Source: an uncultured Deferribacteres bacterium
GTDB lineage: Bacteria; Zhuqueibacterota; Zhuqueibacteria; Zhuqueibacterales; Geothermadaptataceae
Length of the DNA: 47,228 nt
Assembly: GCA_964014485.1 (NCBI GenBank)
Contig: CAXHAT010000039.1
Coordinates: forward strand, 1 to 47,228
Direction of reading: 5' to 3'
Made by a program: the position numbers and the translations under genes. The notes beneath the pieces were generated by a model that did no database searches, had not been told where the DNA came from, and was given only the letters and a program-made list of their open reading frames with translations. Below, piece by piece: positions 28,047 through 38,128 of this stretch (position 1 is its first letter; each line of letters begins with the position of its first letter).

Positions 28047-29375
28047 ATGATTTCTTCCAAAGAGGCAACGCGGCGCATCGCGCTCATCGATTCGGTCATC
28101 CTCGCGCAAATGGGCGAATTGGTTAGCGAAATTGAAGATTGTCTGGAGTGGATTCGTGACAAGGGCTTCAAATTGTGGGACGATGTTGAAAGAAAACGGA
28201 TCGGGTTGGAAGCTATAGCGCCGGCGTTATCTTCGGCCACCCATACACACGCCCCCCAATTATTGCAATTACCAGAAACGGAATTTTACGAAGACTGGAA
28301 AAAGTATGTCGATGATTTTCGGCGGACGACGCGAACAATGGACGGTTCGAAGCTCGCGGAACAAACGCTGAAATCGGCGCTTTTTGAAGATTGTATTCAG
28401 CGCGTTGTTGACCATTTTGAAAAAATGCTCTCTCACTCGCCGTTTGTTTGCGATACAACGCTCAAGATAGTCGCACGTTCGAGATTGACGGAATTCGAGC
28501 CAAAGCTGAGAGCATTTAAGGCCTCCGCTTCAGCAAGACAGCTTCAAGAAAAAATTGACTGGGCGTTAAACGAGCTTGGCCCGAGGGACATTGAAACTTT
28601 AAAAAGGCAATTTCAGGAAAAGAATTTTGCGGCACGCATCGACACGCTCAACAAGCTTGACCCAAAACTTGAAACAGTCGAATCGAGTGAATTGATTGAA
28701 AAAGGGCTTGCTGACGCCGAACCTGACGTTCGATGTGCGGCGATTTACGCCCTGGAAAAATTTCGAAAAAGCGCCCCAAATTTTGCCGAAATAATGCTCG
28801 CCGCGACGACGGACGAACAAAGCGCCCGCGTTCGAGAAACGGCGTTGAGAGTCTTGATTCGCGGCGTTCGTGATGTAAAAATGATCCGCGAGGTCATTGT
28901 TGCTCGCCTGCGAGACGCAGCCCCGTCGGTCAAGTCGGCGGCGTTAGAGCATTCTCGTTTTTTAGGCTCCGATCAGTCCGCGCTGGAGACATTGGCCGCC
29001 GCCGCGCTTGACCCCGATTTGAGCACGAAAGCTCTGAAACGCCTGTATGAACTCGCCTACAAAAACAAGGCGGTCTTGCAAAAAATCCCCGTAGGATTCA
29101 TTGAGCTTGGCGAGCGGTTGTTGGACGCTGAAAACGATGACGCGGCTTCTAATTTGGCCTTCGTTCTCGGCCAAATAGGCGATCCTGCAGCCTTGTCTTT
29201 TTTAGAGCGCTTGGCCAACTCAGATTTAAGGCAGTCGACGGGGACGGCGATTGGCGCTATTGGTTACATCGGCGGTGGTGAAGCCGTTTCTTGTCTTCAA
29301 AAACTTAGCGCCCAAGAAAACCACCCAAGGCGGCGCCTCATCATGATTCAGCTTCAAAAACTCGAAAATTCTTAG
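28047..29375 (+). CDS. HEAT-repeat protein
   Basis: Repeats GLADAEPDVRCAAIYAL, DEQSARVRETALRVL, LRDAAPSVKSAAL, AFVLGQIGDPAALSFL, AIGAIGYIGG.EAV. Confidence 0.85.
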   Translation: MISSKEATRRIALIDSVILAQMGELVSEIEDCLEWIRDKGFKLWDDVERKRIGLEAIAPALSSATHTHAPQLLQLPETEFYEDWKKYVDDFRRTTRTMDGSKLAEQTLKSALFEDCIQRVVDHFEKMLSHSPFVCDTTLKIVARSRLTEFEPKLRAFKASASARQLQEKIDWALNELGPRDIETLKRQFQEKNFAARIDTLNKLDPKLETVESSELIEKGLADAEPDVRCAAIYALEKFRKSAPNFAEIMLAATTDEQSARVRETALRVLIRGVRDVKMIREVIVARLRDAAPSVKSAALEHSRFLGSDQSALETLAAAALDPDLSTKALKRLYELAYKNKAVLQKIPVGFIELGERLLDAENDDAASNLAFVLGQIGDPAALSFLERLANSDLRQSTGTAIGAIGYIGGGEAVSCLQKLSAQENHPRRRLIMIQLQKLENS

Positions 29376-29608
29376 TCGGCGTTGACCTTGCCCGGTTCCC
29401 AAAAGAAACGCGCCTTTTGTTAAGAAATCCTGTCGTCGCTTGACGAAAAATGTTAGGTTTTGAAGAGCAAAAGTTTAAACCTTCATGACTTGACGCCTTT
29501 TGTTCAGCCTCCCGAAGCCGGGATATTCTCGACGGCAAAAAAAGCGTCAAGCAATGAATTCAAACTCGTCGTAAGCTGAAGAACCAAAACATTTATTGAG
29601 GCAAGCTC

Positions 29609-31027
29609 ATGTTACTAAAATACTTTTATGACGACAAGCTGGCTCATGCATCTTACATGGTTGGTTGCCAGGCAACGGGCGACGCAATTATCATTGACCC
29701 GGATCGAAACATCGATCATTATCTTGAATTTGCGGCGCACGAAGAGATGAGAATCATTGCAGCGACGGAAACGCACATCCACGCAGATTTCGTCTCAGGA
29801 TCAAGGGAACTTGCAGCGCGTATTGGCGCAAAACTTTACCTTTCCGATGAAGGGGACGCCAATTGGAAATATCAGTTCGCCGATCAGTACGACGCCGTGC
29901 TGCTAAAAAACGGCGATACCTGGAAAATTGGCAACATCGTGTTTGAAGCCTGGCACACGCCCGGACATACGCCGGAACATATGTCTTTTATTGTCACAGA
30001 TTCCGCCGGGGCAAGCCGTCCGATGGGCGTTTTTACCGGTGATTTTATTTTTGTCGGCGACGTTGGCAGGCCGGATTTATTGGAAACGGCGGCAGGCGTT
30101 GCGGGTACAAAAGAAAAAGGCGGGCGCCAACTGTTTCACGCTTTGCAAAAAGCGCGAGAAACGCCTGATTATTTGCAAATTTGGCCTGGGCACGGCGCGG
30201 GCAGCGCGTGCGGCAAAGCGCTTGGGGCTATCCCAACCAGCACTTTTGGCTATGAAAAAATGTTCAACTGGGCGTTTTCAATCGATGACGAAGACAAATT
30301 CGTAACCGCCGTCCTTGACGGCCAGAAAGACCCGCCGCCCTACTTTGCGATGATGAAAAAGCTCAACAAACAAGGGCCGCCGCTGCTCTCTGAGTTGTCC
30401 GAAGTTCCGGAATTGGACGCAACCGTCGCCCTGGATATTATCCGTCCCGGAGCCTGGGTTGTGGACGTTCGCCCAAACAGCGCTTTCGCGCAAGGTCACA
30501 TTCCCGGAACGATCAGCGTCATGTTAGATAATTCGTTCAGCACGTACGCCGGTTGGGTTTTGCCCTACGATCAACCGATCTATCTCATCGTTGACCAGGC
30601 GCATCTGAAGCAAGCCTTGCGCGGATTAAGTGAAGTCGGATATGACAACATCAAGGGTTATTTTACGCCAGATATTGTCGAAAACTGGGAGTCGAAGACA
30701 GGGCAGGCGCTGAACACGATCTCGATGGTACAGGCTTCAGAAATCGCCGACGCCGTCGTCAGCGGCGAGATTCCGGCAATCGACGTCAGAACCAGTCAGG
30801 AGTATGGCGACGGACATCCTAAAAACGCCAAAAACATCGTTTTAGGGAATGTGAAAAGACAGTTGGACGAGATTCCAAACACAGGTCGGATTGCCGTGAG
30901 TTGTCTCGGAGGAGGGCGCTCGTTCGTGGCTTCGTCAATATTGTCGGCGCACGGCTTTAAGGGCGTGACTAATATCGAAGGGGGGTGGCGCGCCTGGGCG
31001 GCTGCAAAGCTTCCCGTGGAAAAATGA
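29609..31027 (+). CDS. MBL-fold persulfide dioxygenase-like domain fused to two rhodanese domains (CstB-like)
   Basis: ETHIHADF, HTPGHTPEH, TGDFIFVGDVGRPDL, PGHGAGSACG. Rhodanese motifs DVR...GHIPG and SCLGGGRS...GGWRAW. Confidence 0.93.
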   Translation: MLLKYFYDDKLAHASYMVGCQATGDAIIIDPDRNIDHYLEFAAHEEMRIIAATETHIHADFVSGSRELAARIGAKLYLSDEGDANWKYQFADQYDAVLLKNGDTWKIGNIVFEAWHTPGHTPEHMSFIVTDSAGASRPMGVFTGDFIFVGDVGRPDLLETAAGVAGTKEKGGRQLFHALQKARETPDYLQIWPGHGAGSACGKALGAIPTSTFGYEKMFNWAFSIDDEDKFVTAVLDGQKDPPPYFAMMKKLNKQGPPLLSELSEVPELDATVALDIIRPGAWVVDVRPNSAFAQGHIPGTISVMLDNSFSTYAGWVLPYDQPIYLIVDQAHLKQALRGLSEVGYDNIKGYFTPDIVENWESKTGQALNTISMVQASEIADAVVSGEIPAIDVRTSQEYGDGHPKNAKNIVLGNVKRQLDEIPNTGRIAVSCLGGGRSFVASSILSAHGFKGVTNIEGGWRAWAAAKLPVEK

Positions 31028-31037
31028 TCATTGCGCG

Positions 31038-31917
31038 TTAATTCTTCTGCTCGCCAAACGCAGGCGCCGGCAATGCCAGCGAATCGAATCTTGACGCACG
31101 GCGTTTGGCGACGCGGTCAACCAGATCGAATCGGTCGCCCGGGGACAAGAAGTAAAACCTTCCGTTCTCACCCAAAACTTTGTGGTCGTAAATAGCGACG
31201 TAGGATTCGCCGATCACTTCAAACTCATCTCCTCGCACAACAATCGCCGTACTTTCGTCCAACCCGATTCCAAGGAGCTCCGGTTTGGCTGCGATGATTT
31301 CCAACAGATCGAATTGGCGATTGCGGCGCAGCAAGTGCTGATCGATAGCGGAATTTTTCAAAAAGCCAAAACCTTCTTCATGATCGCCCATCATAATCGT
31401 GTTGGTTTTCGTATCGCCGCGCGCAAGGTATGTCCCCTGAGGTAGCGCCTGCGGAAGAGCCGCCAATCACCCCGCCTCGTTCCAGAACGCCCCATAAAGC
31501 TTTCTCCGTTTTTGTCCCCAGGTAAGCGTCAGCCAATCTCCACTGCCTTCCCCCGCTAAACCAAACGCCGGTCGCCCTTTGAATTGGTTCGGCAAAAGCC
31601 TCCGTATCCGCTTCTTTCGGATCGTATGTGTGAACCAATGTCAAATTTTGAGCGCCGTGCTCTGCAAAACTTCGGAAAGCCCTTCCTTGATACCCCGGGC
31701 CGAAATCCGTCGCGCCGCTGGCAGTAGGAATGACAACGATTTCCGCTTGCAGGCCACCGGCAAGCTGCAGAAAGCGCTCAACGATTTCTGAACCAAGCCG
31801 CCCGCCGCCAACAATGACAAGGGAGCCTTTTTCCGGGCCGAATTTTTGTGAAAACAAAGGCGACGCACAGAAAGCGCAACTCAGGATAAACAGTCTGAGA
31901 AGAGTCGATTTAATCAT
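31038..31917 (-). pseudogene. cphB: Cyanophycinase (peptidase S51), split by a frameshift at about 31440
   Basis: The 5' part has a signal peptide, LVIVGGG, VVIPTAS, WFSGGRQWRL and GGSSAGAT. The 3' part, in another frame, reads QGTYLARGD...IDQH..RNR...GIGLDESTA. The junction reads ACC T CAG instead of ACC ATT CAG. Confidence 0.88.
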
Positions 31918-32077
31918 TTTTCAAGCCTGGTTAATCGGTTGATCTTGGTATTCATCCATTTTGACGTTTCGAGAACCGAAAAATTCCATTGCCGCTTTGA
32001 AGCAATCTGCTTTTCAGGTGGTCAAAATCAATTGAATTAAGTGCAGATTTATCTGAAGAATTTCCAAATCGATGTTT

Positions 32078-33217
32078 TCATTGTTTCTCTTTCTTTATTT
32101 CACTTTGAAGATTTGCCGCTTCGAGGTATGATTTAAACTCAACGCCGTAGATTTCCAGAATCGTCAGGAACAGCACGGCAACGATTGGCCCCAGTATAAA
32201 GCCCATCAGCCCGAACATCACCAACCCGCCGATACTCGAAAAAAAGATCACAAGATCGTGCATGCCGGTGTCTCGCCCGACAAGCCTGGGACGCATAAAA
32301 TTATCGACGTTGCCGATGACCACCGTTGCCGCGATAATAAAAATACCTTGCCAAATCATCCCCGTGAACAAAGCAAATATTCCCGCAGGAAGCAGCACGC
32401 CCCAAGCGCCGACCATGGGGATAATTGACAGCGCCACCATAACAACGCCCCAAAGCACCGGCGAGCTAAAGCCGCTAATCCACAAAACCAAAGCTCCAAG
32501 CACGCCTTGCGTCAGGCCAATAAGCAAGGTGCCCTTAATTGTAGCGCGAGAAACGGAAACAAACCGCTCGATTAAGGCGTCTTCGTGTTCGTCGTTGAGC
32601 GGGCTCAAATATTTTGCCCAAGCGATCAATTTGTGGCCGTCTTTATAAAAATAGTACATCGTGAAAAGCATAATCACGACCTGCCAAAGAATATTGAATC
32701 CTTGCCGCGTTGTGTTTAACAAGCCTACCAGAAACGACCCGAGACCTTTTGCGGCGTCTTTGGCATAAGACGCGTAGTCAAAATTTTCCAGGTTCAGGTC
32801 GATTCCCAAGCTTTTGACTATTTTATTCTCCCGCAGATCGGCGATAAAGCCGGAGTTCAATCTGCTGATAAAATTCTGCACGCGCTCTTCGTTATTGTTG
32901 TAAAAATCCATGGCTTCGGCGCGCACCAAATCAACGACAAAAGCAATCGGGCCGGTGATGAGGACGATCATTATCAAACAGCACAAAAACGAGCTCAATC
33001 CGCGCCTGCCTTTTAGCCAATGCAGCAATTTTTCATACCAGGAATAGGTCAGCCCGGCGAATATGGCTGCAATAAAAACCGGCATAAGAAACATTCTGAC
33101 CATGTCAAAAAACAGATAGCCGATTGCGATCAGAACGACGAGCAAAAAATTTCTGCTCATGCGTTCCGCTTTAAGTCGGTTCAACTTTTCTTGTCTCGAG
33201 AATTTTTGTTCGGCCAT
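32078..33217 (-). CDS. AI-2E family transporter
   Basis: Start reassigned to ATG 33217. YYFYKDG, TIKGTLLIGLTQG, SIIPMVG, VDNFMRPRLVG, GGLVMFG..GFILGP. Confidence 0.92.
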   Translation of the reverse strand: MAEQKFSRQEKLNRLKAERMSRNFLLVVLIAIGYLFFDMVRMFLMPVFIAAIFAGLTYSWYEKLLHWLKGRRGLSSFLCCLIMIVLITGPIAFVVDLVRAEAMDFYNNNEERVQNFISRLNSGFIADLRENKIVKSLGIDLNLENFDYASYAKDAAKGLGSFLVGLLNTTRQGFNILWQVVIMLFTMYYFYKDGHKLIAWAKYLSPLNDEHEDALIERFVSVSRATIKGTLLIGLTQGVLGALVLWISGFSSPVLWGVVMVALSIIPMVGAWGVLLPAGIFALFTGMIWQGIFIIAATVVIGNVDNFMRPRLVGRDTGMHDLVIFFSSIGGLVMFGLMGFILGPIVAVLFLTILEIYGVEFKSYLEAANLQSEIKKEKQ

Positions 33218-33378
33218 GAATCGCTCTTGCGTTATTTTTATTCTGATTGCCGACAATATAGCAAGCCGGCGGAACCGGAAAAAGGAATTCCGGCGTTTGT
33301 AAGACGTCTTGATTTTCAGAAGGATTTTCTCTATATGCTCTTCGAAAGAAATCACCCTGAATTGACCAGATTTTCCAA

Positions 33379-34482
33379 ATGATTTTTAAAAAACTTGGCT
33401 TGCCGCAAAACCCGGTTATGCTGGCGCCGCTGGCCGGCGTTTCCGATCATCCGTTCCGCCGCCTGTGCACACGTGAAGGCGCGCACTTGACTTTCGTCGA
33501 GATGCTCTCCGCCGTCGCCATCGATTATCGCAGCGAACGGACGATAGAAATGGCAAAGCGGCATCCTTCAGAAACAATTTTGGGCGTGCAATTGACCGGA
33601 AGAAACGCGGACGAAGTTGCACGCGGCGTTGAATTTTTGAGCAGGCTTCCTTTCGAAGTTATCGATTTGAACATGGGCTGCCCGGTCAAAAAAGTGGTTA
33701 AAACAGGTTGCGGCAGCGCAATTTTAAAAGACCCGAATCGCGTTTATGAAACAGTGCTCAAATCCGTCAACGCCACGGATTTACCAGTGTCCGCAAAAAT
33801 CCGCTTAGGCTGGAATCGGCAATCGATCAATTTGGTAGAAGTTGGTCAAGCGGCGGAAGCCGGGGGCGCAGCCTGGGTTACGATTCACGGCAGAACGCGT
33901 TCGGACGATTATTCTACGCCCGTCGATCTTGATCGGATTGCAGACCTGAAAAAGAACGTTCGTATTCCCGTTATTGGCAACGGCAATATTTTTTCGCAAG
34001 CTGACGCGGAATACATGATAAAACACACCGGCGTCGATGGCGTCATGGTCAGCCGCGGCGCTTTGGGCAACCCCTGGATTTTTCGCGAATTGAATGGGGA
34101 TAGCGAGCCCGTTACACTCGAAGATTGGCGTTGCGGAGTTCTCGATCATTTAGACTGGCATGCTGAAGAGTATGGCAAACTCGGAATGAGCGGAATGCGC
34201 ATGCGCAAGCACCTTTTGTGGTACGCAAAAGGCTGGCCCGCTTCACGAAAAATTCGGGCGCGCATTAACCAGACCGCAAACATCGACGAAGCAAAGCAGA
34301 TCATTTGCGACTATGCAGACGAGTTAGCCCGGCAAAATGTGAAGGTGCGCGCGCCAATCGTCGAGCATGATTCGGAAAATCGCTTTTCATGGGATCCTAA
34401 ATTTGACATGGATCGCCAGCTAGATCGCGGCGTCGGAGACGACCGCTTGTTTGAAGAAGCAGGAGAAGTAGCGGCTGTTTAG
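33379..34482 (+). CDS. dusB: tRNA-dihydrouridine synthase B
   Basis: LAPLAGVSD, VQLTG, DLNMGCP, SAKIRLG, IHGRTR, GNGNI, GVMVSRGALGNPW, MRKHLLWY. Confidence 0.92.
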   Translation: MIFKKLGLPQNPVMLAPLAGVSDHPFRRLCTREGAHLTFVEMLSAVAIDYRSERTIEMAKRHPSETILGVQLTGRNADEVARGVEFLSRLPFEVIDLNMGCPVKKVVKTGCGSAILKDPNRVYETVLKSVNATDLPVSAKIRLGWNRQSINLVEVGQAAEAGGAAWVTIHGRTRSDDYSTPVDLDRIADLKKNVRIPVIGNGNIFSQADAEYMIKHTGVDGVMVSRGALGNPWIFRELNGDSEPVTLEDWRCGVLDHLDWHAEEYGKLGMSGMRMRKHLLWYAKGWPASRKIRARINQTANIDEAKQIICDYADELARQNVKVRAPIVEHDSENRFSWDPKFDMDRQLDRGVGDDRLFEEAGEVAAV

Positions 34483-34496
34483 AGCAGGAGTTTGTT

Positions 34497-36053
34497 ATGT
34501 TCGACAAGTCTCGTTTTTTGTTTTTCATTCTGATTTTCGCAATTGTTCCAAGCGGGTTGTTGGCGCAAAACGAAAATCTCGGTGAAATTGATTTTCCAAC
34601 GTCCGGATCGCCAAACGCGCAAAAACATTTCATCCAAGGCGTGTTGCTTTTGCATAGCTTTGAGTACCCGGATGCGCGTCGAGCCTTTCGTCACGCCAGC
34701 GAAATCGAGCCGGGATTTGCAATGGCTTACTGGGGTGAGGCGATGACCTGGAACCACCCAATTTGGAATCGACAATACAAAAACCAGGCGATAGCCGCAT
34801 TGAACAAGCTGGGCAAAACTGCCGGAGAGCGCGCCGCCAAAGCGCCGACCCAACGTGAACAAGATTTTCTGGCAACACTTGAGGTCCTGTTTGGCGAAGG
34901 CGAAAAAGTAGAGCGTGACTTCGCCTACATGAACGCTTGGAAAAAGCTCTACGAAAAATATCCCGATGATTTGGAAGCGGCAAGTTTCTATGCGCTCTCC
35001 ATTCTCGGCTCTGCTCAAGGCAAGCGAGAATTCAAAACGTATATGCGCGCCGGGGCCATTGCTCAACAAATTTTTGAAAAGAATCCGCTCCACCCCGGCG
35101 CCGCGCACTACGTGATCCATTCTTTCGATGATCCGATTCACGCGCCCCTGGGATTGCGCGCCGCTTTTAGTTATGCCAAAATCGCGCCTGATGCGCCGCA
35201 CGCTTTGCACATGCCGTCGCATGTTTTTATGGCGCTTGGCATGTGGGACGAATCAAACAGTTCCAACGAAGCTTCCGCCGCCGCGGGCTATAAAAAAGGT
35301 CAGCGCGCGCATCACGCCGAATGGTGGCTGAATTATGGTTATCTTCAGCAAGGCAGGTACAAAGAGGCGCAAAAGATTCTGGCCAAGATGGATGATTATA
35401 TGGCCGAAGACGCACGCATAAGCACGCGGAACCACCTCGCATACATGCGTTCATCATGGCTGGTGGAAACGCGCCGCTGGCAGACGGAGACGTTCTCGGA
35501 AAATTTTGAGCTGGACGGATTGCGGAAACAATCGGCGACCTGTGTTTTACTCGCCAAAGGCATGGCGGCGATTGCAAGCGGGCAAATAGAAGAAGCTGAA
35601 AAAAACCTCGCGGCAATGCACGATCTTCCCCAACCGGAGGCGAATTACATTGACGACAACAAAACCGCCAGGCTGATGCAGTTAGAATTGGAAGCGTTGG
35701 TCAAACTTGAAAAAGGCGAGGGTAAAACCGCACTCAAACTCATGGACGAAGCGGCGGCTTTACAAGAAAATATGCGTTTCGAGTTCGGCCCGACTATGCC
35801 GATCAAGCCGGTTCACGAACTGCGCGGAGAAATCTTGTTGAAACTAAACCAGCCTAAAGCCGCTCGCACAGCCTTTCGCAACGCGCTTTCCCGCGACCCG
35901 GAACGCCCCCTTTCGTTGATTGGACTCGCACGTGCCGCAGAGTTGGCCGGGAACGCAACGGAAAGTCGGCAAGCGCGCGAACAATTGCGCCTTGTTTGGA
36001 AACGCGCTGATCCGGACATTGTCGAACTAAAAGAAGCTGCGAGCAATGATTGA
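34497..36053 (+). CDS. Secreted TPR-like alpha-helical protein
   Basis: Signal peptide, FIQGVLLLHSFEY, FAMAYWGEAM, HPGAAHYVIHSFD, PHALHMPSHVF. Confidence 0.85.
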   Translation: MFDKSRFLFFILIFAIVPSGLLAQNENLGEIDFPTSGSPNAQKHFIQGVLLLHSFEYPDARRAFRHASEIEPGFAMAYWGEAMTWNHPIWNRQYKNQAIAALNKLGKTAGERAAKAPTQREQDFLATLEVLFGEGEKVERDFAYMNAWKKLYEKYPDDLEAASFYALSILGSAQGKREFKTYMRAGAIAQQIFEKNPLHPGAAHYVIHSFDDPIHAPLGLRAAFSYAKIAPDAPHALHMPSHVFMALGMWDESNSSNEASAAAGYKKGQRAHHAEWWLNYGYLQQGRYKEAQKILAKMDDYMAEDARISTRNHLAYMRSSWLVETRRWQTETFSENFELDGLRKQSATCVLLAKGMAAIASGQIEEAEKNLAAMHDLPQPEANYIDDNKTARLMQLELEALVKLEKGEGKTALKLMDEAAALQENMRFEFGPTMPIKPVHELRGEILLKLNQPKAARTAFRNALSRDPERPLSLIGLARAAELAGNATESRQAREQLRLVWKRADPDIVELKEAASND

Positions 36054-36119
36054 ACGGTAAAATGCGTTCTTGGCCTGAATTATTCACAAACCGCCCAGTT
36101 ACACTCAATCTTCCAGAAT

Positions 36120-36857
36120 TCAACGCCGCAGCGCCGCTTTGGAAAAAATGTGAGCCGGAACCTCGACGTTGAATTCGATGGAATCGAGGATGAATTCCGT
36201 GCCTTTGCCTTGTTTGAGCACGTCTTTGAACACCGCCGATTTGGCGACCCAGCGCTCGTCCATCCAAACGACTTCGCGCACTTCCGTGGTTTTGAGCAGT
36301 TTGCCGCTTTTGGCGTAGCGGTTTTCTTTCAACATGACATAGCGCTCTTTGTCGACCCAGACCTTGCGCGAATGGTAAGCCACGCGTTCATTTTTCGCCG
36401 TCAAGTCGAGAATCCAGCACGACCTGCCGCCAAATTCCTCTTCTCCCGCGACCTCCGCTGTGTAAATGTTAGGCAGCCGAGGGTCTTCCATCATGTCTTC
36501 ATAGGAAAGATCCGAACCCATGACCGACTGTCGCAGCATGTGGCCCGAAATCATGATCGTGCGGTCGGTTGAGGGAGAATAAGTCCAGAGACGGTCGCCG
36601 GTTTTGAGCATTTTGACGCCCTTTTCTCGCGGCGGAGAAAGGTATTCGGTAAACGATTCTTTCGTGCCGCGCAGCCAGGATTGCGCCTCAATCGTCCGGC
36701 TTCCGCGACGGCCGTGAATCACCATGCGCGAAGTGACGATCTTGTTGTCCGCCACCAGGTTGTCATCGATTTTTTTAAGAATTTCATCGCCGGAAGGGGT
36801 TTGCGCGAATGTGTTAATCGCGACGAAACCCGTCAAAAGGAAAAATATATTTTTCAC
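36120..36857 (-). CDS. Outer-membrane lipoprotein-sorting (LolA-like) protein
   Basis: Signal peptide, LSPPREKGVKML, WTYSP, SVMGSDLSYEDM, YAKSGKLLK. Confidence 0.88.
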   Translation of the reverse strand: MKNIFFLLTGFVAINTFAQTPSGDEILKKIDDNLVADNKIVTSRMVIHGRRGSRTIEAQSWLRGTKESFTEYLSPPREKGVKMLKTGDRLWTYSPSTDRTIMISGHMLRQSVMGSDLSYEDMMEDPRLPNIYTAEVAGEEEFGGRSCWILDLTAKNERVAYHSRKVWVDKERYVMLKENRYAKSGKLLKTTEVREVVWMDERWVAKSAVFKDVLKQGKGTEFILDSIEFNVEVPAHIFSKAALRR

Positions 36858-38128
36858 ACCTCGAGCTCCTTGAACAATTGCGAAGTTTGCCGCCTGTAAA
36901 TGCCAATTCCCGAAATCGCCGTGCCGAGCAGCGTCGCCAGAAGTCCCGGAATGAAACCGATGGCAAAGCTCGCGGGCGTAACTTTCGCCCGCATCACGTC
37001 GGCGATCATGATGGTCACGTTTTTCATCATGTAGCTGATGTCGATGCCATGCACTTGCAAATAATAGGCGATCCCAACGCCGATGAGCGTGCCCAAAATA
37101 GAACCCGCCAAACCGATGATCATCGACTCGAGCAGCATTGCGCGATAAATGCGGCCTTTTTCTTCGCCGATGGCCAGCCGGACGCCGATTTCACCGTAAC
37201 GCCGCAGACTGCCCATCAACCCCGCGTTCCACAAAACGATGGACATGGCCACAACGAAAATGGTGACGATAATACCCGCGTAAGCGTCAGCCAGATCGAG
37301 ATAGTCGGCCAGGCCGCTTTCCTCGCGCAATGTGCCCATTATCGGCGCGAATTCGTCCTCGATTTCTTTGTGGCGGGCGTTGAAAGCGGCGGTCATTTCA
37401 TCGGCTTCCCTTTCGTAATAAACGTCGTCTGGGAAAAATCCCATGATTTCGCCGACCGCGTCCCGCATGTCCAGCGCCGCCTGAATATCAGCGACGTCGG
37501 CGATCATCGCGCCTCTATCCATCGCCGAAACGCCGAATTCAATCGTGCCGGAAATGGTGAAATTGGCCGTCGTCATGCCGCCGTACATTGTCGCGCCGAT
37601 CAGCGTCGCGGTTTCACCGGGTTCGATTTCGAGCTTGCGGGCGAATTCGTCGCTGATCAGAATTTCGCCGCGTTCCGTCGGCGCGCGCCCGCGAACAATG
37701 GATTGATCGATGTTCATCAAAGTTCTGTCCGGGCTGTCCGGTGAAAGCAGCGAAATCGCCGTGCCGAAGACCGGCCCTTGCGCGCGCGTTTCGCCGTTTT
37801 CATCCGGAACGTCGAGCAGACCGCCGAATTTGATCCGCGGCGTCCAGAGCATTTCGGGCAATTCCGTTCTCAACTCGGCCAAGAGCGAATCAGCGCCGAT
37901 CAAAGCCAGATCGTTCGGCGCTTGATCTTTTTCTTCAGCGTATGCGCGGGACATGACGCGAAGGTGGCCAGTGCTGAAGTGCGCGGTCGCTTGCACCATC
38001 ATCGACATCGCGCCTTGCAGCCAGGAAAAGAGCAGGACGGTGATCATGACCCCGGCCACGACCGTGAGGATTGGAAAAAGCGAGCGGGATCGGTCGCGCA
38101 GCAGCCCTTTCAACAAAAAGCGCATCAT
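36854..38128 (-). CDS. ABC transporter permease (FtsX/MacB/LolE-like)
   Basis: N-terminal TM helix, periplasmic domain, RRYGEIGVRLAIG, three C-terminal TM helices. Confidence 0.9.
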   Translation of the reverse strand: MMRFLLKGLLRDRSRSLFPILTVVAGVMITVLLFSWLQGAMSMMVQATAHFSTGHLRVMSRAYAEEKDQAPNDLALIGADSLLAELRTELPEMLWTPRIKFGGLLDVPDENGETRAQGPVFGTAISLLSPDSPDRTLMNIDQSIVRGRAPTERGEILISDEFARKLEIEPGETATLIGATMYGGMTTANFTISGTIEFGVSAMDRGAMIADVADIQAALDMRDAVGEIMGFFPDDVYYEREADEMTAAFNARHKEIEDEFAPIMGTLREESGLADYLDLADAYAGIIVTIFVVAMSIVLWNAGLMGSLRRYGEIGVRLAIGEEKGRIYRAMLLESMIIGLAGSILGTLIGVGIAYYLQVHGIDISYMMKNVTIMIADVMRAKVTPASFAIGFIPGLLATLLGTAISGIGIYRRQTSQLFKELEV

